From assembly GCA_963704645.1 (NCBI GenBank), contig OY969926.1:608001-672000 (forward strand): a stretch of 64,000 nt of DNA. The letters run 5' to 3'. The position numbers and the translations under genes are program-made. The notes under the pieces were generated by a model that worked only from the letters and a program-made list of their open reading frames with translations, was not told the origin of the DNA and made no database searches. Positions within the stretch are counted from its first letter, which is position 1; each line of letters begins with the position of its first letter. The stretch is from an uncultured bacterium (GTDB lineage Bacteria; Patescibacteriota; JACMRA01). Positions 47,839 to 57,824 of this stretch are shown here, in pieces.

Positions 47839-50328
47839 ATGCCTTTGCCTTCTGCGTACAATCCTAAGGAATATGAATACCAAATTTACCAGGAATGGTT
47901 GAAGTTAAAGCTTGGATCTCCAGAGGTGCAGGAGGAAATTCAGGCTACCCCGAAACCTTTGGTTTCACCCCTTACCAGGGGTACTGGTGAGCTGGATTAT
48001 AACGATGTTGGTAATGCCAACAATGGCGGTGTGGTCGCCTCATCTACGGATACATACTCTGTTGTGGTGCCTCCGCCAAATCTGACTGGGGATTTGCATA
48101 TGGGACATGCTTTTGAGCATTATTTAATGGATACTTTGGTTCGAATTGCCCGTCAGGAAGGTAAAACAACTTTATATTACCCAGGGGTTGATCACGCTGG
48201 AATTCAGCTGGAAGGTGTTATAAATAAGTTGATAAATAAAGGTGAGTTTGATGAGCAAATTAAACAATTAGATAATCTTACTAGTAACCAAACCAATGCT
48301 AAAGTTTCTGACTTTTTTAATTTTGATACTGCAGATAGAGCTAACTTTTTAAAACAAAATTTTCCTGAAACTTGGCTACAATTTGCTTGGTCAAAAGTGC
48401 GTGTTTGGCGTGGTAACCAACTAAAACAAGCTGAAAAACTTGGCGATTCACCCGATTTTGACCGTTTACTTTTCACCCTAGATCCAAGAGCTGTGGATAT
48501 GGTAAACTATGCTTTTATTAAGTACTGGCAAGACGGTTTAATTCACAAAGGTTCCTATTTAATTAACTGGTCGGTAGCTTTGCAAACTGCTTTGTCTGAC
48601 GTTCCCGAAGATATTTCCCACGAAGAAAGGAAGGATCCGTTTGTTACTTTTGAGTATGTTAATCAAGGGTCTGTTGTTACATGGGTAGAAAACTCATCAA
48701 AGTTTAATGATGACAATAAAATTCGCATAATGAACAATGCAATAATGAGAATTAAGGTGGCAACAGTTAGGCCTGAAACTGTATTTGGGGATGTTGCTTT
48801 GGCTGTAAACAAGAATATCTTTAGAAATAAATTGCTAAGTTATGAAGACTCATCTTTTGGCAGATTAACTTCTCAAGATGTTGAAAATATTATCTATGAT
48901 ATTGAAAATGGTTATATAAAAATTAAATACATGATCAAAGGCTTGATCTCTAATATTAAATTAATTTTAGGAGAAGACGACGAAGTTGATCCAAACTTTG
49001 GAACGGGGGCTTTAAAAATTACGCCTGCTTCAGATATTGTAGATTATAATATTGCTGTTAAACATGGAATTTCCCATTTACCTCAGTCTGTTGGTAGAGA
49101 TGGAAAACTTACAGAAATCTGCGGCGAGTTTGCAGGTTTAACTGTAGAGCATGGTAGAATGGCAGTTATTAAAAGGTTAATTGAAGATGGTCATGTACCA
49201 ACAGTTGAAGGTTTTGAAGAAAACAGGGAAAGTGTGCAGAATAAACCTTCCGTAGAAAAATTATCTGACCCTGAATTTAGAAGTTTAAGCCTTGAAAAAC
49301 AGAAAGAATATTTGCAGAAAAACTATCCTCAATATCAAGTTGATTGGAATTATGTTCACAATGTTACAATTTGCGAACGCAGCAAGACAGTTGTAGAACC
49401 ATTAATTAGTGAAGAGTTTTTTGTAGATTATTACGCCAAGTTTAAATTTAACCCAAAGATTAATTCAAAAAATCAAAACACCAAAGTACCCCTGGTAAGG
49501 GGTGAAACCGTAGGTTTCGGGGTAGCAATTGGCCAGGAAACAAGCCTACAACAATTGGCTATTGCTGGAATTCATAAGACAAATTTCTTTCCTGAAGATT
49601 ATAAGGAAAGGGCTTTGAATTATTTTGAGACTATTAAAAATTGGTGTATTTCCCGTGATTTAATTTGGGGACATAATATGCCGGTTTGGTATAATTTAGA
49701 TGTGAATCCAGAGCGCAGGTTTTATTCGTTTAAGGAAATACAAACTCAAAATGGAAATGGAGACCAGGAGGTCTCCGCTACGGATCGATTCAAAATTCAG
49801 GTTGAAAAACCTGCTGAGCCTGGAAATTGGGTTCAAGAAACTAAAATTTTAGACACTTGGTTTAGTTCAACACTGTGGCCGCTTACAACGCTTAACTTTT
49901 TAGATTTTGCCAATGGTAAACAAGGAACTGATTTTGAAAAGTTTTACCCAACCCAAACTATGACTACTGCTAAGGAAATTTTCTATGCCTGGATTGTACG
50001 TATGATTATGACTGGAATGTACTTTGCTGGACAAACTCCGTTTGAAAATTATTTGGCTCACGCTTGGGTGTTAGACGATAAAGGTAAAAAAATGAGTAAA
50101 AGTTTAGGAAATGTAATTGATGTTGCCGATCAAATTGAAAAATATTCATCCGATGCTGTTCGTTTGGGTATGTTAGAAAAAAGTATTCCTGGAAGAAATA
50201 TTAGATTCGGTGGAAAATTAGGTGATGCAGCCAGCGAAAAATATCGTAATTTTGGGAATAAATTATGGAACGTAGCTAGGTTTTTGGAAGGGAAGGAAGG
50301 GGATATTGTAGGCAATACTATTATCTAG
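47839..50328 (+). CDS. valS: Valyl-tRNA synthetase, N-terminal/catalytic part (split gene)
   Basis: PPPNLTGDLHMGHA, DHAGI, ATVRPET, WCISR, DTWFSS, KMSKS; ends just after NKLWNVARF. Confidence 0.93.
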   Translation: MPLPSAYNPKEYEYQIYQEWLKLKLGSPEVQEEIQATPKPLVSPLTRGTGELDYNDVGNANNGGVVASSTDTYSVVVPPPNLTGDLHMGHAFEHYLMDTLVRIARQEGKTTLYYPGVDHAGIQLEGVINKLINKGEFDEQIKQLDNLTSNQTNAKVSDFFNFDTADRANFLKQNFPETWLQFAWSKVRVWRGNQLKQAEKLGDSPDFDRLLFTLDPRAVDMVNYAFIKYWQDGLIHKGSYLINWSVALQTALSDVPEDISHEERKDPFVTFEYVNQGSVVTWVENSSKFNDDNKIRIMNNAIMRIKVATVRPETVFGDVALAVNKNIFRNKLLSYEDSSFGRLTSQDVENIIYDIENGYIKIKYMIKGLISNIKLILGEDDEVDPNFGTGALKITPASDIVDYNIAVKHGISHLPQSVGRDGKLTEICGEFAGLTVEHGRMAVIKRLIEDGHVPTVEGFEENRESVQNKPSVEKLSDPEFRSLSLEKQKEYLQKNYPQYQVDWNYVHNVTICERSKTVVEPLISEEFFVDYYAKFKFNPKINSKNQNTKVPLVRGETVGFGVAIGQETSLQQLAIAGIHKTNFFPEDYKERALNYFETIKNWCISRDLIWGHNMPVWYNLDVNPERRFYSFKEIQTQNGNGDQEVSATDRFKIQVEKPAEPGNWVQETKILDTWFSSTLWPLTTLNFLDFANGKQGTDFEKFYPTQTMTTAKEIFYAWIVRMIMTGMYFAGQTPFENYLAHAWVLDDKGKKMSKSLGNVIDVADQIEKYSSDAVRLGMLEKSIPGRNIRFGGKLGDAASEKYRNFGNKLWNVARFLEGKEGDIVGNTII
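47945..47985 (+). repeat. REP-like family B copy, in frame inside valS
   Basis: ctaccccgaaacctttggtttcaccccttaccaggggtact (encodes TPKPLVSPLTRGT). Confidence 0.88.
49485..49525 (-). repeat. REP-like family B copy, inverted, in frame inside valS
   Basis: agtacccctggtaaggggtgaaaccgtaggtttcggggtag (encodes VPLVRGETVGFGV). Confidence 0.88.
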
Positions 50329-50329
50329 A

Positions 50330-50370
50330 CTACCCCCAAGCCTTTGGTTTGAGCCCTAAATAGGGGTGCT
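50330..50370 (+). repeat. REP-like family B copy immediately after the valS-N stop
   Basis: ctacccccaagcctttggtttgagccctaaataggggtgct. Confidence 0.8.
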
Positions 50371-50513
50371 GTTAAAATAAATCTATTATCTCTGCTTACA
50401 AAACCACATCACAATGCTGCAAGATGTTCAGCCCTCTTTAGAGGGTAACTCTCTGGAGAAATTATGCCTAAAGTAATTTTAAGATAAAACAAAAACTTCA
50501 ATTCATTTCTAGT

Positions 50514-51059
50514 ATGATTCAACCTCACAAAATAATTTATTCTTCCAGAAGAACTTTGGCCTTAGAAGTAAAATCTACAGGACAGGTTATTGTGCGCTCT
50601 CCAAAACGAGTAGGGCTAGATTATATTCAAAAATTTGTAGCTGGTAGGCAAGATTGGCTTTCAAAAGTAATAGAAAAAATGTCTGCAAGAAAAGTTGTGT
50701 TAAAACCTTGGTCTAATTTTTCTGGGGCAGAATTACAACAAGCTAAGAAACAAGCAAAAGCTTTATTTGAAGAGGAGTTAAGGCAATATTCAAACCAAAT
50801 GGGTTGTGCTTATACGAAGTTAAGATTGTCTTCTGCTAAAACCAGATGGGGTTCTTGTTCTTCCAATGGAACAATTTCTATTAATTTTGCATTGTATTTT
50901 GCCCCAGTAGAGATTAGACATTATGTAATTATTCACGAACTGGCTCATGTGAAACACCCAAACCACAGTAGTAGGTTTTGGAATTTTGTGTATCAATTCG
51001 ACCCAATTTGGAAGACACATCGAGGTTGGTTGAAACAGCATGGCAGTTGGTTGGGGTAG
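50514..51059 (+). CDS. YgjP/SprT-like (DUF45) zinc metalloprotease-fold protein
   Basis: KTRWGSCS, YVIIHELAH..HPNHS..FW. Confidence 0.9.
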   Translation: MIQPHKIIYSSRRTLALEVKSTGQVIVRSPKRVGLDYIQKFVAGRQDWLSKVIEKMSARKVVLKPWSNFSGAELQQAKKQAKALFEEELRQYSNQMGCAYTKLRLSSAKTRWGSCSSNGTISINFALYFAPVEIRHYVIIHELAHVKHPNHSSRFWNFVYQFDPIWKTHRGWLKQHGSWLG

Positions 51060-51100
51060 AAATAGTTGTTTGAATGCAACACTTGTGATACACTGACGAT

Positions 51101-52441
51101 ATGGGACAAGAAATGCTTTCTGGAAAAGAAGCGGACTATAAAAACTATGATCCAATAAAAATTCAGCATTGGGTGGGCAATTACATTAAAGATCATTCTC
51201 AATTTTATGTGCCAGATTTAGGTGATGATACTGAGATTTTAAACATGTTTTCTTCTGCTAAAAAAGAACTAAGTTTAGAAGAAAAAAACTATGTACTTCA
51301 AATTCTAGATCCCTACTGTAACAGCGTTGACAGTAGAGTAAACCAATTTGATGCTGCCAGTAAATCTTTTACAACAGAGTACATAAATGGATTTGCAAAG
51401 CCTTTGGATACATTCAGAAGTTTTTATAATGAAGCAAGAAATAATCGTTTACTTTCTTCTCAAGATTTGTCCGAAATATTTAGTTTAGTTTCACCATATT
51501 TTTTAAAGGAAGCTTATGGAACTGTAAATTTATCCGACATAGATAAAGAAAAAATTGTTAGTGGGGCAGAATTTGTAGAATCTGGGAGGTTAAAAGAATT
51601 TTTAGATTCCAGTGCTAGAGAAAAAATTTTAGAAATAGTATTAAATAAAATTCCTGCAACGCACTGTATGAATAGCCAAAAACCCTTTAAATTGGTTAAT
51701 AATGGTCTTCATGAATTTCAAAATTTATCTGAAAAATATTCACTAGCCATTCCATCTTACGCAGATTATGAAACTTTGGGAAGACATAGACCCATGTTTA
51801 GTGATGGTATAAGATCGTCAGTGCATTGTTCACCATGCCCTGTTCCCAGCCATTTTGATGGTGATTGGACTAGGCCAGCTAAAATGGTAGTTGCTTCAAT
51901 GTTAGATCTCTATAAATGTAATCGTGAAAATTCAGAGTTAAGAAGCTTAAATGGGGTAGATATACAATTTGTTGTGTCAGAGACAGGTTTAAAAATCCCG
52001 TCAGGTTCTACTATCTATTTGTTTGGTTCAGATCAGACTTTAACTAATAGACAGCAAGCTTTAGCAGACAAAATTGGGCTTAATGTTATACAAATAAATC
52101 TTAATAATTATTCGGAAGAGGAGATTCAGCATGGTAAACCAAGGCAAGATGCTTACGAAAACAGTGTGGGAAAGGATGTTGCTAATAATATAAGGCGAGC
52201 TATTCCAGATTCCAAATGGGGTTGGGATTCTACTTTTGGATCTGACTTAGCTTTTTTAACAGGGGTGTCAACGGCTTCACATACTTCCTCACAACCTGAA
52301 AAATTTGATGAATTTGCAAACAAAATTCTTGAAGGTGGAGACATTGTTAATCAAGAGTTAGGTGCTTATCTTATGGCCAGTCCTATTCAGCTGGAGTGGT
52401 TGAACAAAGTTATTAATCATGTGGATAGATTAAAAAGTTAA
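51101..52441 (+). CDS. Hypothetical soluble protein
   Basis: 446-aa ORF with an R.SVH...V.SH..G.W motif. Confidence 0.7.
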   Translation: MGQEMLSGKEADYKNYDPIKIQHWVGNYIKDHSQFYVPDLGDDTEILNMFSSAKKELSLEEKNYVLQILDPYCNSVDSRVNQFDAASKSFTTEYINGFAKPLDTFRSFYNEARNNRLLSSQDLSEIFSLVSPYFLKEAYGTVNLSDIDKEKIVSGAEFVESGRLKEFLDSSAREKILEIVLNKIPATHCMNSQKPFKLVNNGLHEFQNLSEKYSLAIPSYADYETLGRHRPMFSDGIRSSVHCSPCPVPSHFDGDWTRPAKMVVASMLDLYKCNRENSELRSLNGVDIQFVVSETGLKIPSGSTIYLFGSDQTLTNRQQALADKIGLNVIQINLNNYSEEEIQHGKPRQDAYENSVGKDVANNIRRAIPDSKWGWDSTFGSDLAFLTGVSTASHTSSQPEKFDEFANKILEGGDIVNQELGAYLMASPIQLEWLNKVINHVDRLKS

Positions 52442-52543
52442 GATCAGATAAGTTTTAAATTTAGGCTGTTCCAACTTAAGAGTGTAGATAATTAAAATTT
52501 GACCTACTTTATAAATAGAATAACTAAACATCCACAATTAAAA

Positions 52544-53029
52544 ATGTCTCAACCTATAACATATCAAAATTTTTACACACAAGATATAAATCATTTAACT
52601 CTTGCCGATGCTTTAGAGCTTCACTATAAACTAAACCCTCAATTTACTAGGTGGAATAAATATGATGATGAATTACTTCAAAAAACTATGAAATCTCATG
52701 ATGTTTGCCATGTTGTTTTTGGTTGTAATACAAAATTATTAGGCGAATTTAGAGTAGAATTATTTACAGCCTTTGGCACTAATTTAACTAAAAGCGAATA
52801 CAGAAAGCTTGTTTCTAACCCAAAAATTTTAGGCGAACCACTGGCTATTGCTAAGCGTGTGGGCTATTTTAAGGTTATTACACTTATGCTTTTAAATTGG
52901 TATGAATTGTTTAGAATACCATATATTTCAAGTAAGATGAAGAAAAAATGGGCTGTATTTTCTGAAGATGATTATATGGATAAAACCCTTGGCGAAATTA
53001 GAGAAGAATTTGGTTTTAGATTAATATAG
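52544..53029 (+). CDS. Coq4-like HDxxH protein
   Basis: SHDVCHVVFGC.T...GE; C-terminal L.EIREEFG. Confidence 0.6.
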   Translation: MSQPITYQNFYTQDINHLTLADALELHYKLNPQFTRWNKYDDELLQKTMKSHDVCHVVFGCNTKLLGEFRVELFTAFGTNLTKSEYRKLVSNPKILGEPLAIAKRVGYFKVITLMLLNWYELFRIPYISSKMKKKWAVFSEDDYMDKTLGEIREEFGFRLI

Positions 53030-53139
53030 GTTAAATTTAGTTTGGGCTGTATTCTGCTTTTGAAATAATAAACTAAAATACTTTTCATCAAAAAATTGAT
53101 CCCACGTAGTTTGTGGGATTTTAAACTTGTATTAATTAT

Positions 53140-53334
53140 TTAGTTAGGAGGCTCATACAAAATCCAACCTGCGTATTTCCCTCCCCAAAAAATCCGATTT
53201 ACACATATGCACTTATAATATCTCTCATCATCGAATTTTTTAACCATATTTATATCATCAAATTCTTTAGTCAATAGCCAAGTTACGTTGCCATCTATGA
53301 ATTTTAATATTGCTTGCTCTACCTGTTCAACCAT
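53140..53334 (-). CDS. Small hypothetical protein
   Basis: 64-aa ORF followed by a hairpin (53099-53119) and T tract. Confidence 0.35.
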   Translation of the reverse strand: MVEQVEQAILKFIDGNVTWLLTKEFDDINMVKKFDDERYYKCICVNRIFWGGKYAGWILYEPPN

Positions 53335-53399
53335 CTTTGTTAAAACCTTTTTGTTTCAAATTTAGGCGTGCTTTTATAATAACATGTAAAATTCAGCAA

Positions 53400-55190
53400 A
53401 TGTCAAAAGTTGTTTTGTTTTCCAGTCCAATATTATATTTCATATTTGTACTCGTTTTTGTTATTCTATTAAGTAATAGTGCTTACTTCGTAAATCTTTT
53501 ATCTATAATTATACAACTTAAGAAAATAGACAATATTGTTAATTCATGCAACGATATGGGAATTATGTTGTTTTGGTTGAAAAAGCTTACACACTTTATT
53601 TCTATAAAAAGTAATCAAATAAAGTTACAGGTTTTAAATGCAGGAAAAGTTTTTGTTAAGTTTTACAAAAAAAGATTGGCTTTATCAATATTTTTAACAG
53701 TTTTAATAAGTTTTATACTTCTAACGCTTGTGTATTTGTTTGCCTTGCCAGCACCTTTACGCAATATTGAAAATTCAGAAACTGTGTCTTTAGAGCAATG
53801 CGGAATTTCAATAAAATATCCAAAATCTTCAGGATCTAGGGCAATAATTGCTTATAATCCATCCGATCTAGCCGAGTTTAACAAATCATATTTTTTTCCT
53901 AAAAATTATACACAGGCTATAATAATTGGTAACCCGCATGCTTTTCCAAGTTGGGCTAACAAAAAGCGAATTAGCAACATTTCTATTTATTGTTACAATG
54001 ATTATGGCTTAAACTTTATTAATAATTTTGCTAAAGATAGGGTAAGTCTAAGTTCCTCAGAGTTTAAAGAAATAACCAATTGGAGCATTTCTAACCAGAT
54101 TTTTAACGTCACGGAAGATATTTATCAGTCTGCCTCAAAATCTAGAACCACTCAAAAAATACATGAGGAGGAAAAATACAATTTTTCGTATAAAGGCAAA
54201 ACTTTCAATGTTCAAATTAATTACATAAATCCATCGGTTCAACAAAGAAGTTCTATTGAACCAGAGGGTTTGTTTGCTAGTCAAATAGATATTGGCTCTC
54301 TTCAAAAATCTACAGGCAACACAATAGATACTAAAACTTGGTTGGAAGAAGGTATTTCTCTTTCTAAAAAAGAATATAAGTACAATTTAGGTTTCTCTAA
54401 TAACAAAGCAGTGGATTATACCGAAACAATTTACGAAAAAAAAATTACAGATTGCAAATATAAAAGTGAAACTGATTGTAATTTAGAAGACCCAACCTAC
54501 ACTTTAAATGCTGTAGCAAGTTTTGATGGTAAACAGATTTTTTCTTTTAATAAATACTTTAGTAGTACTTATAGTTTTCTAAATAAAACTCCTGAATTAA
54601 ATTCTTATTTTAATTACAAATTAATTAACAGTAATAATTTTTATGCAATTCACCAAATTAATGAGAGTGGTTACAGTCAAAATAGGGCGGAAAAAACCCC
54701 AGGAGTATTCACTTACGCCGGGCAAACTTGGACAAGCTTCAACGATGGGAAAACTTGGATTAATAAACCAATTACTTTAGATGATAAGTATGCTACTGAC
54801 GATGTTGAAGATTCCCAAAAAGTATGCTTATCTAGGCTTGGAATAAATTTGTTTAATCAGGCAAATTCAGATCATTATAATTTTTGCAGCATTATGTACG
54901 GCTACTTCTTAAATTTAACCATCTATAATCAAGTAAAAAACAACATGCCTGTATTTTTAAGTGAAGCTGTGATTAATTCTAGACAGGATGATAATAGTAT
55001 TAATTTAGAATTAAAAGATGTATGTAATGCCAAGGGTGCGGGTGCAAACCCAATTAACAATGAAAAGACTGTAGATATGATGCAAAGATCGGACGTTGTG
55101 CAACATATGATTAACTACACCAAAGCAGAAAACAATAAAGACAAGCCATATAAAGGGGGGGGTTGTATGTTTAAAAAATTTGAAATATGA
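53400..55190 (+). CDS. Membrane-anchored exported hypothetical protein (start uncertain)
   Basis: Long ORF, N-terminal TMs, one Asp-box-like SFNDGKTW. Confidence 0.7.
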   Translation: MSKVVLFSSPILYFIFVLVFVILLSNSAYFVNLLSIIIQLKKIDNIVNSCNDMGIMLFWLKKLTHFISIKSNQIKLQVLNAGKVFVKFYKKRLALSIFLTVLISFILLTLVYLFALPAPLRNIENSETVSLEQCGISIKYPKSSGSRAIIAYNPSDLAEFNKSYFFPKNYTQAIIIGNPHAFPSWANKKRISNISIYCYNDYGLNFINNFAKDRVSLSSSEFKEITNWSISNQIFNVTEDIYQSASKSRTTQKIHEEEKYNFSYKGKTFNVQINYINPSVQQRSSIEPEGLFASQIDIGSLQKSTGNTIDTKTWLEEGISLSKKEYKYNLGFSNNKAVDYTETIYEKKITDCKYKSETDCNLEDPTYTLNAVASFDGKQIFSFNKYFSSTYSFLNKTPELNSYFNYKLINSNNFYAIHQINESGYSQNRAEKTPGVFTYAGQTWTSFNDGKTWINKPITLDDKYATDDVEDSQKVCLSRLGINLFNQANSDHYNFCSIMYGYFLNLTIYNQVKNNMPVFLSEAVINSRQDDNSINLELKDVCNAKGAGANPINNEKTVDMMQRSDVVQHMINYTKAENNKDKPYKGGGCMFKKFEI

Positions 55191-55357
55191 AAATAATGGT
55201 AAGTGGGAGATAGACTTCAAAGAAACATTTAATTCTTTTAAAGCTGATAATAATTTATAGCAGCTAGAAAAAGTTATTTGGGAAGAATATTTACAAACCG
55301 CAAAAAGTGTGATTTGAATTAAGAGCATAGTTTATTTTAAAGAAAAGGAGAAAGAAA

Positions 55358-55492
55358 ATGGAAAAGATAATTTGGACATTAGTGGCAATAACACTTATAG
55401 CATTTGGTGGGTTTGCTGTTTACCAGCAACTAAATTCGGGAGGCGTAAAAACAGATAATTCTGCCGCTTCTAAACTAATTTTTATAAAGTAG
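55358..55492 (+). CDS. 44-aa single-TM peptide (Flp-pilin-like size), not in the ORF track
   Basis: AAGGAG SD; MEKIIWTLVAITLIAFGGFAVYQQL...; terminator at 55502-55535. Confidence 0.65.
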   Translation: MEKIIWTLVAITLIAFGGFAVYQQLNSGGVKTDNSAASKLIFIK

Positions 55493-55569
55493 TGCAAGAC
55501 AAGTCCTAGCTATTTCCCATGCTAGGCTTTTTATTTGACCGAAAAGTCTTACTCAATCAAGAATAAAGT

Positions 55570-56376
55570 ATGAATTCTAATTTGCTATCTGCTCCTTCTA
55601 TATGGATTTTGAAGAAATTTATTGTTCTTCAGGCTAATTTAAAAAACAGCATTGCTGAATATGACATTGCCCATGCCATAGATGATTTGTATAAATTTTT
55701 ATGGAACGATTATGCCGATTGGTATGTGGAATATTTGAAGACAGATGCAACAGATTTGCTTTTTGCTAAAAACCTTTATCGACAATATGTGGTTCTGCTT
55801 TCTCCATATTCACCGTTTGAAACAGAAGCATTATGGTCAGACTTTTTTCAGGAAAAGAATTTAATAGCATTTGAAACTGTAGACGAAAATTGGCCTATAG
55901 AAATTCTTAGTAATCAAGATAATTTTGAAGCAAAGTTTGCGGAGTTTGAAAGTGTAGTAAATTTCATTCAAAGCATTCGTTCCCAAAAAGGTTTGTTTGG
56001 TTTAGACCCTGCTACCCAAATTGAAGTTTATTCTGTCTCGGAAATTCTTTCTAAATACCAAGACTTAATTTTTAAAATGGCTAAGGCAAAAATTTTAAAT
56101 GAAGAAAAAATGGCTTTGTACAATGTAAAATTAGACGCTTTTGAGTATGGTTTAGATATAAATGTACTTGTTAAAGATAAACCAGCTGAAATTGCCAGAA
56201 CCGAAAAGATTATCTTAGATTTGCAAAAACAAGCTTCTCAATTACAAATTCAATTAAACAATCAAGGCTTTTTAGTTTCAGCAGAAGAGGAAGTAATTTT
56301 AGAGAAAAAAGATCAAATCAAAAAACGCACTGAGGAAATAAAAGTTCAACAGGACAAGCTGCAATTTTTGAAGTAG
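55570..56376 (+). CDS. valS: Valyl-tRNA synthetase, C-terminal part (anticodon-binding + coiled-coil arm)
   Basis: WIL...LYKFLWNDYADWYVEYLK, LLSPYSPFETEALW, EIAR...L.N..F...A..EVI..K. Confidence 0.88.
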   Translation: MNSNLLSAPSIWILKKFIVLQANLKNSIAEYDIAHAIDDLYKFLWNDYADWYVEYLKTDATDLLFAKNLYRQYVVLLSPYSPFETEALWSDFFQEKNLIAFETVDENWPIEILSNQDNFEAKFAEFESVVNFIQSIRSQKGLFGLDPATQIEVYSVSEILSKYQDLIFKMAKAKILNEEKMALYNVKLDAFEYGLDINVLVKDKPAEIARTEKIILDLQKQASQLQIQLNNQGFLVSAEEEVILEKKDQIKKRTEEIKVQQDKLQFLK

Positions 56377-56421
56377 CTTGGAAATTGTTACTCCAAGACA
56401 GAACTTAAAAAATTCAAAATA

Positions 56422-56526
56422 CTATTTCATCCATCCTTTTTTTAGGAAATAATACCACATCAAGGCGTTAATTACTATTAAAAATATAAAGGTAACAACA
56501 AGTGAAATGGCAATGTCTAAAGTCAT
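56422..56526 (-). CDS. 34-aa single-TM peptide, not in the ORF track
   Basis: MTLDIAISLVVTFIFLIVINALMWYYFLKKGWMK; TTGACA upstream (56594-56589). Confidence 0.45.
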   Translation of the reverse strand: MTLDIAISLVVTFIFLIVINALMWYYFLKKGWMK

Positions 56527-56622
56527 GGTAGTTTTGATTGGGCTTTGAAATAAAGTTTATAATACACTAAAGCTTATGAAACTGTGCTTGTCAAAACTGC
56601 TTTTTTCGTGAATCTTTAGCTA

Positions 56623-57789
56623 ATGGTTTCGTATTTGCAATCTGTAGAAAAGTTGGTGGATAAGTCAATTTATGGTAGAGGTGTAAAAACTTTCTTGGAA
56701 GGTGGTGTTGTTGGTTTCACAAATTTAACCCTCGATTCTTGGCGTAAATATTCTGTGAAAGATTTAGAAACAGAAACAGTTTTAATTCCGCTTTTACACT
56801 TGGCTTTAAGTACAGCAAAATGGGATAAAGCAGAACTTGCAATAAAGGAAAGTGCAGGATGTTCTTGTAGATATTTTGAAGAATTTGGGACATGCAAACA
56901 TATAGTGGCGGTGTGCGCCGCTTTAGAACAAGAGTTCATTCGTCCAAACAAAATTGGATCTAAAAAGCAAGAAATTCAAAGTAGTTTAGACACCTTATTT
57001 CAGTTTAATAATAATCAGGAGCAGCGAGAATGGCTTAATAAAATTTATCAATATTTTGAAAGAAATAGGTCTAGTTTATTCCCCTGGATTAGCCAAATTG
57101 TTAAAGCAACCAGCACCGAAAACACTCCATTCAACAGTAGTGATAGTGTAAATAACATCGAAAATAGATACCAAGAATTTTGGGAAGGCTTAAAGCAAAT
57201 GTGCCAAAAAGCTACTGAAGACTTTGATCAAGAAAAGAAATTGTGTGGTTTAATTGCAGATTCTTTAATTACGGGAAGTGTGGTTTGGTGGAACTTTTGG
57301 TTAGATATTTTACCAAGTTTGCACCCAACAAATTTAATAAAAGTACTTACGGAACTTTGGTTTCAGGGTTACACTTTGCAGCATTTATTTCAGCCAGAAT
57401 TAAACCAATATATTCAAGATAAACCAGCTTTAGCCAATCAAATTTTAGAGAAATTACAGCAATACCCTAATTCAGAAAAGTTGCAAGTTCAGTTTGCTTT
57501 GCAAATTAAAATGAGAGATTGGTTGGAAAAAAACATTGTTAATTTAGACCCACAATCATTAATACAAATGGCCGTTGCTTTCCCCGATTTACTTGAACAA
57601 ATTGAACTTGTTTTGTTTAATAACTTAAAAATATGGGCAGACTTTTTAAACCCAACTGGAACGGAAGAGTTGAAAAAGATTATGCAAAGCTGGCGAACTA
57701 ACATTGGTGATACTATGGAATATCAAAATTTAAAAACTTATTTAAAACAAAATTACCCAAAAAGAAAAAGCCTATGGAGCGATTTATAA
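56623..57789 (+). CDS. SWIM zinc-finger protein
   Basis: CSC.YF...GTCKHIVAV. Confidence 0.8.
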   Translation: MVSYLQSVEKLVDKSIYGRGVKTFLEGGVVGFTNLTLDSWRKYSVKDLETETVLIPLLHLALSTAKWDKAELAIKESAGCSCRYFEEFGTCKHIVAVCAALEQEFIRPNKIGSKKQEIQSSLDTLFQFNNNQEQREWLNKIYQYFERNRSSLFPWISQIVKATSTENTPFNSSDSVNNIENRYQEFWEGLKQMCQKATEDFDQEKKLCGLIADSLITGSVVWWNFWLDILPSLHPTNLIKVLTELWFQGYTLQHLFQPELNQYIQDKPALANQILEKLQQYPNSEKLQVQFALQIKMRDWLEKNIVNLDPQSLIQMAVAFPDLLEQIELVLFNNLKIWADFLNPTGTEELKKIMQSWRTNIGDTMEYQNLKTYLKQNYPKRKSLWSDL

Positions 57790-57824
57790 GCTTACAAGAA
57801 TAATCAGTCCAACTTTTTAATATT

